A stretch of DNA of 64,000 bases, from contig JBJHCF010000013.1 in NCBI GenBank assembly GCA_050506795.1, forward strand, positions 34,151 through 98,150. Reading direction: 5' to 3'. The notes under the pieces are model-generated. The model ran no database searches. It was given only the letters and a program-made list of their open reading frames with translations, and was not told the DNA's origin. This document shows positions 51,310-62,263 of this stretch, piece after piece (within the stretch, counting starts at the first letter, position 1; each line of letters opens with the position of its first letter). The translations under genes were made by a program, and so were the position numbers. The DNA is from Opitutia bacterium. Lineage in GTDB: Bacteria > Verrucomicrobiota > Verrucomicrobiia > Opitutales > T3Sed10-336.

Positions 51310-51349
51310 AAAAGCAAAACGGCGGCCCCAGGGCCGCCGTTTTGCTTTT
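51310..51349. terminator. Bidirectional rho-independent terminator
   Basis: AAAAGCAAAACGGCGGCC-CCAG-GGCCGCCGTTTTGCTTTT is a perfect inverted repeat between convergent genes. Confidence 0.9.
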
Positions 51350-51375
51350 GGCGTGATTCGCTCCTCGTCACCCGG

Positions 51376-51400
51376 CCACGAGTTACGAGTCACGAATCAC
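51376..51400. repeat. Degenerate heptamer tandem repeat
   Basis: CCACGAG TTACGAG TCACGAA TCAC. Confidence 0.55.
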
Positions 51401-51407
51401 CCTTCCC

Positions 51408-52193
51408 TTATAACCTCGGCAGGGTGAGTCCGCCGTCGACCATGATGACCTGGCCGGTGGAGTAGGGGAAATCGCCGCAGGCCAGGGCCGCGACCACTTT
51501 GCCTGAGTCCTCGGGCTGTCCCCAGCGTCGCTGGACACAAAGGCCGTCGGCAATCATCTGGTCGTATTTTTCCTTCACCCCGGAGGTCATGTCGGTCTGG
51601 GTGACCCCGGGCCGGATCTCATAGACCGGAATGTCGTATTCCCCGAGACGGGCGGCGAAGAGCATGGTCATCATGCCGATGCCGGCCTTGGCCACGCAGT
51701 ATTCGCCCCGGTTGACCGAAGCCACCGTGGCCGAAATGGAGCCCACGTTGATAATGCAGAAGAACTGATCGGGGCTTGCGGTCTTCTGCTCCACCATCCA
51801 GTTGGCGGCGGCCTGGGTGAGGAAATACGGGCCTTGCAGGTTGGTGGCCACCACCCAGGCGAAGCTTTCTTCGGTGGCTTCGAGGATGTCTTTTCGTTCC
51901 TTGGGGGCCACGCCGGCGTTGTTGACCAGCACGTTCAGGCTACCGTAATGACCGCGTACCCTTTCCATCATGTTGCGACGCGCCTCGGTGCTCCCGATGT
52001 CGCCCTGACAGTAGATGACCTCGACCAAGTGCGACCTCAGTTGTTCCAGCGGCTCCGTCACCGCGTCTTCCTCGCGCATGCCGTTGATCGCCAGGTTGAA
52101 TCCTTCCATGGCCAGGTGTTCCGCGATGGCGAAACCGATGCCGCGGGTTCCTCCGGTCACCAGGGCGACGGGTGTCTTTGGTATGTCCTTCAT
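51408..52193 (-). CDS. Short-chain dehydrogenase/reductase (sugar-acid related)
   Basis: TGGTRGIG, NNAG, YCVAK, IRPG and VDGG. Confidence 0.92.
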   Translation of the reverse strand: MKDIPKTPVALVTGGTRGIGFAIAEHLAMEGFNLAINGMREEDAVTEPLEQLRSHLVEVIYCQGDIGSTEARRNMMERVRGHYGSLNVLVNNAGVAPKERKDILEATEESFAWVVATNLQGPYFLTQAAANWMVEQKTASPDQFFCIINVGSISATVASVNRGEYCVAKAGIGMMTMLFAARLGEYDIPVYEIRPGVTQTDMTSGVKEKYDQMIADGLCVQRRWGQPEDSGKVVAALACGDFPYSTGQVIMVDGGLTLPRL

Positions 52194-52238
52194 CGATATT
52201 GATGGTGTTTGGGTTAACGTTGTTTCGAAGCCGGTACC

Positions 52239-53393
52239 TTACCCCAGATCGGTAAGTTCGACCCACTTCCTCTCCTTCCAGGACTGAATTCCCGCTTCGG
52301 CCAGTTGAACGCCCTTGGCGCCTTCGCGCAAGGTCCAGCGGAAAGGTTCGTCGAGGGCGACGTGCCGGATGAACTGTTCCCACTGGATCTTGAACGCATT
52401 GTCGTATTCCGTGGAATCGGGCACTTCGTTCCAATCCTGGTAGAAGTTGATCGGTTGGTCGACATCGGGATTCCATATCGGCTTCGGCGTCATCGCGGCG
52501 GACTGCACCCAGCATTTGCGCAGGCCGACAATGGCCGAGCCTTTGGTGCCGTCAACTTGCATGGTCAGAAGATCGTCGCGTCGTACCCGCACGTTCCAGG
52601 AACTGTTGAAGTGGCAGATGACGCCGTTATCCAGCTCGAAGGTGGCGTAGGCGGAATCGTCGGCGGTGGCTTTGTAGGCTTTGCCGGACTCGTCGTAACG
52701 GGTGGGAATGTGGGTGGCGCCCAGGCAGGAAACGCTTTTCACATTGCCGAAGAGGTTGTCGATCACGTAGCGCCAGTGGCAGAGCATGTCGATGATGATG
52801 CCGCCGCCGTCCTCTTCCCGGTAGTTCCACGAAGGCCGTTGGGCGGGCTGGTCGTATACGTTGCCCTCGAAGACCCAATAACCGAATTCCCCGCGCACGG
52901 AGAGGATGTCGCCGAAGAACCCCTGATCCTTGATCATCTTGAATTTGCGAAGTCCGGGCAGCCAGAGTTTGTCCTGCACCACGCCGTTCTTGAGACCGGC
53001 CTTTTCGCAGAGCTCGGCCAGGCGCAGCGCTTCCTTGGTGGTGACGGCGGTGGGCTTCTCGCAGTAAACCGCCTTGCCGGCCTGGACGGCTTTTTCCACG
53101 AACCCGGCGCGGAGCAGGGTGGAGGAGGCGTCGAAGAAGATCTGGTTGTGATCGTCTTTCAGCGCGGCATCGATGTCGGTGCTGAAGCGTTTGACGCCGT
53201 ATTTTTTCGCCAGGTCGCGCAGTTTGTTTTCATTGCGGCCGGTGAGGATCGGATCGGGCATGAGGACCAGGTCGTCGGAGACCTTGATGCCGCCCTGCTC
53301 GATGATCGCGAGAATGGACCGGACCAAATGCTGGTTCGTGCCCATGCGTCCGGTGACGCCGTTGAGGATAATACCGATGGATTGTGTTTTCAT
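52239..53393 (-). CDS. Gfo/Idh/MocA family oxidoreductase (cytoplasmic)
   Basis: GIILNGVTGRMG, YCEKP, VVQDKLWLPG and GGGIIIDMLCHW. Start MKTQSI. Confidence 0.9.
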   Translation of the reverse strand: MKTQSIGIILNGVTGRMGTNQHLVRSILAIIEQGGIKVSDDLVLMPDPILTGRNENKLRDLAKKYGVKRFSTDIDAALKDDHNQIFFDASSTLLRAGFVEKAVQAGKAVYCEKPTAVTTKEALRLAELCEKAGLKNGVVQDKLWLPGLRKFKMIKDQGFFGDILSVRGEFGYWVFEGNVYDQPAQRPSWNYREEDGGGIIIDMLCHWRYVIDNLFGNVKSVSCLGATHIPTRYDESGKAYKATADDSAYATFELDNGVICHFNSSWNVRVRRDDLLTMQVDGTKGSAIVGLRKCWVQSAAMTPKPIWNPDVDQPINFYQDWNEVPDSTEYDNAFKIQWEQFIRHVALDEPFRWTLREGAKGVQLAEAGIQSWKERKWVELTDLG

Positions 53394-53407
53394 GGTAGGG
53401 AAAGATT

Positions 53408-53854
53408 TCAGCTCGGCTTTTCGGTGCATTGCGGGTGGGCGCCCTCGGGGAGCGGGGGGACGTCGACGCCGGCTTTGGGCAGGGTGCCTTCGAGCTCCTG
53501 TTTCCAGTGGGCGACATCGCCGGAGGGACCGTAGCAATAGATCATGGTCATCGGTTTGTCTCCGGTATTCGTCAGTTGATGAAAAACGGTTGGCGGAAGG
53601 TAGGCGGCCTGACCCGAGGAAATGGCCCGGCGTTCGTCGCCGATGCAGATCTCACCTTCGCCTTCGACGACGAAATAGATTTCCTCCTGTTCCTGGTTGT
53701 GCCAGGGAACCTGGCCGCCATTGGGCTCCAGCACGACGTAGCCCATGGCGAAGTTGGTCGCCTGAATGGGAGAGGCTCCGCCGACCAGATTTCGGGTCCA
53801 GCGCCGGGCCGGAAACTTCCGTCCGTCGAGTTTGTTGATATCCGCGATGGTCAT
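53408..53854 (-). CDS. Cupin-domain protein
   Basis: PWHNQEQEEIYFVVEGEG...PPTVFHQLTNTG. Confidence 0.88.
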   Translation of the reverse strand: MTIADINKLDGRKFPARRWTRNLVGGASPIQATNFAMGYVVLEPNGGQVPWHNQEQEEIYFVVEGEGEICIGDERRAISSGQAAYLPPTVFHQLTNTGDKPMTMIYCYGPSGDVAHWKQELEGTLPKAGVDVPPLPEGAHPQCTEKPS

Positions 53855-53860
53855 GATGGT

Positions 53861-55240
53861 CTATTCTCCGAAGAAGGTGTAGTAGGTTTCGTTGTTGATC
53901 TCGCGCTGCAGGTAGAGCGCCAGCTCACGGAGGTGGTAGTCGCCCCACATGCTCGATTCGCTGTGCGGAATCCTGCTGCCCTCGGGGATGTGGTCCCATC
54001 CGTTGGGCCGGTGGTAGATGGAGTGAAGCAGGAGCCCCTGGTGATTCTCGTCGAGACTGAGATACGGCTCAGCGAAAAGGGTTTTGGCGATGGTCAGTCC
54101 GGTTTGCCGGTAACGGCGTCCTTTTTCCCGGTCGCCTTTTCTCTCCAGGTAGCGCCCCAGCCGCAGGTAACCCTGGGCGCAGATGGCGGCGGCGGTGCTG
54201 TCCACCGGCTCGTAGTCGTTGTACGGGTCGGCGGGCTGGTTGAGGTAGTCGCCCAGCTTGTGCAGCAGGGGAGCCCCGGTATCCCAGTAGGGAACGCCGT
54301 CGGTGGGGGTGTGTTCGATGAAGAATTCGGCCGTGGCTTCCGCAGCCCGTAACATCATGGCCTCGATTTCATCGCGGCCGCCGTAGGGTTCGAGCTCCTC
54401 ATCCTTTAGGGTTGCGAGGAACTCCAGTTCCTCCGGGTAACCGCAAAGGATCCAGGATAGACCGCGGGTCCAGGTGGTGAAGGGTGAGAATCCCTGCTGC
54501 GAATTCGGGCAGCGGAAATTCCCGTCGTTGAGATTGAAAATGGCCTCGTGGGTGGTGCGGCCCGGCAGGTCGTAGGCGTCACGGCCTTCCCCGTAGTACA
54601 CGCTGAAACGCGCGGTGGTGCGGGCGTGCTGCACCAGGCGATCGAGCAGCGAGATCCTGGCGTCGCCTTCCTCCATCAGCGCGTGGCCCAGGCGGTACCC
54701 CATGGCCAGGGCGCGCAGGGAGCGGATGGTGTCGGCGAAGAGGGAGTGCGGGCCGTTGAAGGAGTAGATGTAGCCTCCGCCGGCCTTGATCGACGTCCAG
54801 CGCCTGGCTTGCACGGCGCCGCTGAGTTTCAGCGCCAGCTCGTAGAAATTCAGTTCCCATTCGTCCCGGTCGATTTTTCCCTCCAGCATGAGGCGTCGGA
54901 GGTTGCCGTAGGTGCTGACGTTGTTGAACCCGTGATCGTGCACTCCCATGTGCGTGAGGTGGGGAGCCATTAAACTCAAGGTGCTTTCGCGCCCGTATTT
55001 CAGGGCATCCCGGTCTCCGGTGGCGTCGTATTGCAGAATGGCCGAGCCATATTCGAAGCCCTGCGTCCATTCCGTCCAGCCCCGGGTGGTGTAGTTTCCC
55101 TTGACGGTGTAAACGGGCGAACCCTGGGAGCGATCGTAGTTTTTGGCGATCGAGAAGATCTTGGGAGCGGAAACCTCCCAGACTTTTTCGATGCCGGCCT
55201 TCAGGTCGGCCGGTTTGAGGTCGTTCTGGATCTTGATCAT
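53861..55240 (-). CDS. Glycoside hydrolase family 88-like (unsaturated glucuronyl hydrolase-like)
   Basis: WTQGF, HDHGF, TTWTRGLSW, VPYWD, DSTAAAI and WGDY. No signal peptide. Confidence 0.82.
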   Translation of the reverse strand: MIKIQNDLKPADLKAGIEKVWEVSAPKIFSIAKNYDRSQGSPVYTVKGNYTTRGWTEWTQGFEYGSAILQYDATGDRDALKYGRESTLSLMAPHLTHMGVHDHGFNNVSTYGNLRRLMLEGKIDRDEWELNFYELALKLSGAVQARRWTSIKAGGGYIYSFNGPHSLFADTIRSLRALAMGYRLGHALMEEGDARISLLDRLVQHARTTARFSVYYGEGRDAYDLPGRTTHEAIFNLNDGNFRCPNSQQGFSPFTTWTRGLSWILCGYPEELEFLATLKDEELEPYGGRDEIEAMMLRAAEATAEFFIEHTPTDGVPYWDTGAPLLHKLGDYLNQPADPYNDYEPVDSTAAAICAQGYLRLGRYLERKGDREKGRRYRQTGLTIAKTLFAEPYLSLDENHQGLLLHSIYHRPNGWDHIPEGSRIPHSESSMWGDYHLRELALYLQREINNETYYTFFGE

Positions 55241-55270
55241 AAGTATTTTGTTTTCGGATAGGGTTGCCGG

Positions 55271-55789
55271 TCAGAAGCGGTTGTCCTTGCGGAGATGCAG
55301 AATCAGGATTTCAGAGTCCTCCAGCGCTTCGTAGGTATGGTCCAGGATGGCGTCGAACTGGAGGGCGCAGCCGGAGGCCAGTTCGTGTGTTTCGTTGGGC
55401 AGGGAAAAACGAATACGGCCGCGAAGCACCCAGCAGACTTCGTAGTCGTCGCGATGAACCTCCGGACGCGAAACCTTCGCTCCGGCCGGGGCATGGCCGG
55501 ACAGGCAGCGGATGTTGCCGTAGCGGATTTCCTGGAAGCGGAAGCCTCCCGATTCGTGTTCGGTGGCGTTTTCTCGATGCGCGGTGCGGGACTCCGCCAG
55601 GGCGATGATGTCGGTGACATTGATGCCGAGCACCCGGCTCAGTTTGAAAAGGGTTTCCAGTTCCGCCTGGGTTTGATTACGCTCCAGCTTGGAGATGACC
55701 GCGGAGGAAACCCCTGAGCGACGGGACAACTCGGCGATGTTCATTCCTTCTCGCTTGCGCAGCTCGCGCACCACGGAGAAATCGAACAT
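55271..55789 (-). CDS. XRE-family transcriptional regulator with cupin domain
   Basis: VRELRKREGMNIAELSRRSGVSSAVISKLERN HTH and a C-terminal cupin. Start 55789 or 55831. Confidence 0.9.
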   Translation of the reverse strand: MFDFSVVRELRKREGMNIAELSRRSGVSSAVISKLERNQTQAELETLFKLSRVLGINVTDIIALAESRTAHRENATEHESGGFRFQEIRYGNIRCLSGHAPAGAKVSRPEVHRDDYEVCWVLRGRIRFSLPNETHELASGCALQFDAILDHTYEALEDSEILILHLRKDNRF

Positions 55790-55841
55790 GGCCGGCGGCC
55801 TCGGGTCATCCACTTTTTTCGGCAATATCATCGGTCTGTAC

Positions 55842-55888
55842 AGAAAAATTTCTCTTGCAACATATTTTTAGCCATAATAAGGTGTCAA
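55842..55888 (-). promoter_or_regulatory. Putative sigma-70 promoter with overlapping palindrome for the XRE-GH88 operon
   Basis: Minus strand TTGACA-N18-TATGTT (55888-55859), with the imperfect palindrome AGAAA-AA-TTTCT at 55842-55853 near the expected start site. Confidence 0.4.
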
Positions 55889-55908
55889 GGAATCAATTTA
55901 AGGTTTTT

Positions 55909-56532
55909 ATGGAAAGCATCACCCAAACTCGCATTGTTCCGGTTGCGGTTATCAACCGGGTCGAAGACGCCGTCCCATTGGCGAAAATCCTCCGCGAAGC
56001 CGGCATTAACCTCATCGAGGTGACTTTCCGCACCGAGGCCGCGTCGGATGCCATCCGCTCCATTGTGGGGGAATTTCCCGATATGCTGGTCGGCGCCGGC
56101 ACTCTGCTCGACATTTACCAGGTCGAAGCGGCGGCTGCGGCCGGCGCGAAGTTCGGGGTTTCGCCCGGCATCAACCGTGCGGTGGTGGAGAAAGCTCAGG
56201 ACATCGGAATGCCGTTCGTCCCCGGGGTCATGACTCCCTCTGACGTGGAAAAGGGGCTTTCCCTGGGTCTCAAGCTGTTGAAGTTTTTCCCGGCTGAACC
56301 CGCGGGAGGTCTTAAAACGCTCAATGCCCTGGCCGGTCCCTACAAACACACCGGGGTACAGTTCGTCCCGTTGGGTGGGGTAAACGCCTCCAATGCCCCG
56401 GCTTACCTGGCATCACCCGTGGTCGCCGCCATTGGGGGATCGTGGTTTGTCGACGCCAAACTGGTGGCGGCCGGCGACTGGGATCGCATACGGAGCCTGA
56501 GCGAGGAAGCCGCCGCCATCGGCCGGGGTTAG
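55909..56532 (+). CDS. eda: KDPG/KHG aldolase
   Basis: IEVTFRT, VGAGT, VSPG, PGVMTPS, LKFFPA and PLGGV. Confidence 0.93.
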   Translation: MESITQTRIVPVAVINRVEDAVPLAKILREAGINLIEVTFRTEAASDAIRSIVGEFPDMLVGAGTLLDIYQVEAAAAAGAKFGVSPGINRAVVEKAQDIGMPFVPGVMTPSDVEKGLSLGLKLLKFFPAEPAGGLKTLNALAGPYKHTGVQFVPLGGVNASNAPAYLASPVVAAIGGSWFVDAKLVAAGDWDRIRSLSEEAAAIGRG

Positions 56533-57293
56533 CCCTCCAGCCATTGGTGCAGCGTGGCGGCATCGTCGGCCAGGTTGGCCGGGTCGTCGTCGACCACAAA
56601 TTCGAGCAGGACGAAGTGGTCGCGTCCCGTGGTTCGAAGTGGCTCCAAATACCGTCTCCAGCGGTCGGCGCCGGCGGCCAGGGGATGGCGTTCGCGCGCG
56701 CTGGGCCACCAGTGAAAGGCGTGGACGTTGCTCACCCGGGGCAGAACCGCCCACAGGCCTTCCAGGCAGTAATCGAACGACCGGCCGTTCGGGGGTTGCC
56801 AGAGCGTGGATATTGCGGGGTGTTCGGTGCGGCCGAGCAGGTCACGGGCGGATTCGTTGTTATCGGTCAACGTGCCCCCGTGGAATTCGTAGGCGATACC
56901 GATGCCCTCCGCCGAGGCGAGATCAGCGATCCTCAAAGCGTCCCGTTCGACCCGGCGCCGGTAGTCGGCATCCGCCTCCGCCGAGCCGCGGGTGCCCGGC
57001 CAGACCCGGATCAGCGGCGCGCTGAGAGCCCGGGCCGAGGCAAGCACAGGTTCGAACGCCTGGGCGTCGTCCGAGGTTTCGCCCACCCGGTAATAGGAAC
57101 CGTAAGCGGCGGTCTGCAAACCGGCCGCCTCGGTGGCCTGCCCGACCTCCCGAGCGCGATCGAGGTCTCCCGGGGGGACATGGATGTCGCCTCCCCATTC
57201 GATGCCGGGCAACCGATGGCGAACCGCGAGGTCGATGATTTCCGCAGGGGAAAGGTGACGAAAAGTGACGGAGACGAGTCCCGGTACGAGCAT
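56529..57293 (-). CDS. Sugar phosphate isomerase/epimerase (xylose-isomerase-like TIM barrel)
   Basis: GLVSVTFR, IEWGGDIHVP, IRVW, YEFHGGTLTD and LLEFV. Confidence 0.85.
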   Translation of the reverse strand: MLVPGLVSVTFRHLSPAEIIDLAVRHRLPGIEWGGDIHVPPGDLDRAREVGQATEAAGLQTAAYGSYYRVGETSDDAQAFEPVLASARALSAPLIRVWPGTRGSAEADADYRRRVERDALRIADLASAEGIGIAYEFHGGTLTDNNESARDLLGRTEHPAISTLWQPPNGRSFDYCLEGLWAVLPRVSNVHAFHWWPSARERHPLAAGADRWRRYLEPLRTTGRDHFVLLEFVVDDDPANLADDAATLHQWLEG

Positions 57294-57319
57294 GGTTGTG
57301 GATGATTTTTTTCCCGCTC

Positions 57320-58312
57320 TCAAGCCATGATCTCGGCCTGTTCGCGGGTGATTTCCCATTGAAGCGGCTCCCCATCGAGATAGCGGCGCAATTCGTCGAT
57401 CATGTAGGCGCCCAGCCGGCGGCATTCCGGGCCGCTGGAGCCGGCCACATGCGGGGTCAGCAGGACGTTGGGAAGCGTGTAGAGCGGCGAATCGGCCGGC
57501 GGGGGTTCGGGGTGAGTGACGTCGAGCACTGCCTGGAGGTCCGGCCGGCGCCGAAGAACCTCCAGCATTTCCTCCTGGTGCACCACTGCGCCGCGCGAGG
57601 TGTTGATGAAGGTGGCATTGGGTGGCATGGCGGCGAGGTGCTCTCCCCGGATCAGGTCACGGGTCGAGTCCAGCAGGGGAGTGTGCAGGGAGACCACCTG
57701 GGAATCGGCGAACAAAGCGTCCAGATCGACCTGCTCCACCCCGAGTTCCTCGGCTGCCGAGGTCTCGAGAAAGGGGTCGTAGGCGAGCACCTTCAGGTCG
57801 AAAGGTTGCAGGCGCTGCCGCACCAGTCGTCCGATCATGCCGAGCGACACCAGGCCAACGGTGGTGTGATAGGCGCCCGGCACGTCGTGGTGGTCCGGAA
57901 ACGAGCGGTCCTCCCGAATTGTCCGCGCAAAGTGCCAGACCCGCTTTAAGGCGAAAAGCACGGCGGCGACAGTGAACTCGGAAACCGGAATGGCGTTGGC
58001 CGCGTAGGCGCTGGTGATTCGTATGCCCCGGGTCCAGAAGGCTGCGGTGATCAGGCGTCGAATGGATCCGGCGCCGTAGAAAACCGCCTGCAACTCGGGT
58101 GTGGCTTCGAGAAAAGCTGCGTTCAGCCGGGGGGCGCCCCAGCCGGTGAAAATGATTTCCACCTCCCGCAGAAGGGCCGGTTTTTCCAGGGCTTCCGCCG
58201 GGGTTAGCGGGGGGTGGATGACGTGGACCAGTTTTTCGATTTCGCGACAATGCGGCTCGCCGTACGTCAATTCGTAGGCCCGGCTGTCCATTATAAAAAG
58301 CGCTTTCCGCAT
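57320..58312 (-). CDS. D-isomer-specific 2-hydroxyacid dehydrogenase
   Basis: TGWGAP, GLVSLGMIG, SLHTPL, INTSRG, LDVTHPEP and TPHVAGS. Confidence 0.92.
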   Translation of the reverse strand: MRKALFIMDSRAYELTYGEPHCREIEKLVHVIHPPLTPAEALEKPALLREVEIIFTGWGAPRLNAAFLEATPELQAVFYGAGSIRRLITAAFWTRGIRITSAYAANAIPVSEFTVAAVLFALKRVWHFARTIREDRSFPDHHDVPGAYHTTVGLVSLGMIGRLVRQRLQPFDLKVLAYDPFLETSAAEELGVEQVDLDALFADSQVVSLHTPLLDSTRDLIRGEHLAAMPPNATFINTSRGAVVHQEEMLEVLRRRPDLQAVLDVTHPEPPPADSPLYTLPNVLLTPHVAGSSGPECRRLGAYMIDELRRYLDGEPLQWEITREQAEIMA

Positions 58313-58340
58313 TGTGGATGACCACCCGGACTCCGCCGGG

Positions 58341-61349
<3,009 letters not shown>

Positions 61350-61363
61350 AGAAGACCGCCGCC

Positions 61364-62158
61364 ATGCTGTACAACGCCGAAAAACTGCTCCTGATCGCCG
61401 GTCCCTGTTCGCTCGAATCCGAGGCCGTCTGCCGGAGCGTCGCCGAGGTTCTGGTCTCGCTGCGCGAGAAGCATCCGGAACTCAATTTGGTTTTTAAGGG
61501 TTCCTTCGACAAAGCGAACCGCACCTCGCTTGCCGGCGAACGCGGCACGGGGCTGGAGGAGGGGCTGGAACTCCTGGGGTGGGTGCGCCGGGAATACGAT
61601 CTTCCGGTGCTGACCGATATCCATGAGCGTCCCCAGGCCGGCCCGGTGGCGGAGGTCTGCGACGTCCTGCAGATTCCGGCCTTTCTTTGCCGGCAGACCG
61701 ATCTCCTGCTGGCGGCGGCCGCCACCGGCCGGGTGGTGAATGTGAAGAAGGGACAGTTTTTGGCCCCGGAGGACATGAAACACGTGGCGGCCAAACTCCG
61801 GGAGGGGGAGGCGAGCGAGATCTGGTTGACCGAACGCGGCACCACCTTCGGCTACCACAATCTGGTGGTGGATATGCGCGGGTTCACGCTCATGAACGCC
61901 CTGGGTTATCCCACCGTCTTCGATGCCACCCACAGCGTGCAACTCCCCGGCGGCGGCGACGGCCGCAGTTCCGGACGACGGGAATTTGTTCCGCCGCTGG
62001 CCCGGGCGGCCCTGGCCGCCGGCGCTAACGGTTTGTTCCTGGAAACCCACCCAGATCCCGACCAGGCGATATCCGACGGCCCCAATATGGTGCCGTTGCG
62101 GGATTTGCCGGCACTGGTCGAAGATTGTCTTGCGGTTTGGGGTGCTTTGAGGCGATAG
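61364..62158 (+). CDS. kdsA: KDO8P synthase (3-deoxy-8-phosphooctulonate synthase)
   Basis: [35 protein letters not shown] and [11 protein letters not shown]. Confidence 0.96.
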   Translation: MLYNAEKLLLIAGPCSLESEAVCRSVAEVLVSLREKHPELNLVFKGSFDKANRTSLAGERGTGLEEGLELLGWVRREYDLPVLTDIHERPQAGPVAEVCDVLQIPAFLCRQTDLLLAAAATGRVVNVKKGQFLAPEDMKHVAAKLREGEASEIWLTERGTTFGYHNLVVDMRGFTLMNALGYPTVFDATHSVQLPGGGDGRSSGRREFVPPLARAALAAGANGLFLETHPDPDQAISDGPNMVPLRDLPALVEDCLAVWGALRR

Positions 62159-62183
62159 CGCCGGCTTCTTGGTTGGTAACTCA

Positions 62184-62204
62184 TCTCGAATCACGAATCG
62201 CGAT
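62184..62204. repeat. Degenerate heptamer tandem repeat
   Basis: TCTCGAA TCACGAA TCGCGAT, sharing the TCACGAA unit with 51390-51396. Confidence 0.45.
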
Positions 62205-62263
62205 CAACGCTTGTGCATTGACCCTGACAGCAGGCTTCACTACGGGTTCTAACTCAGATCCAT

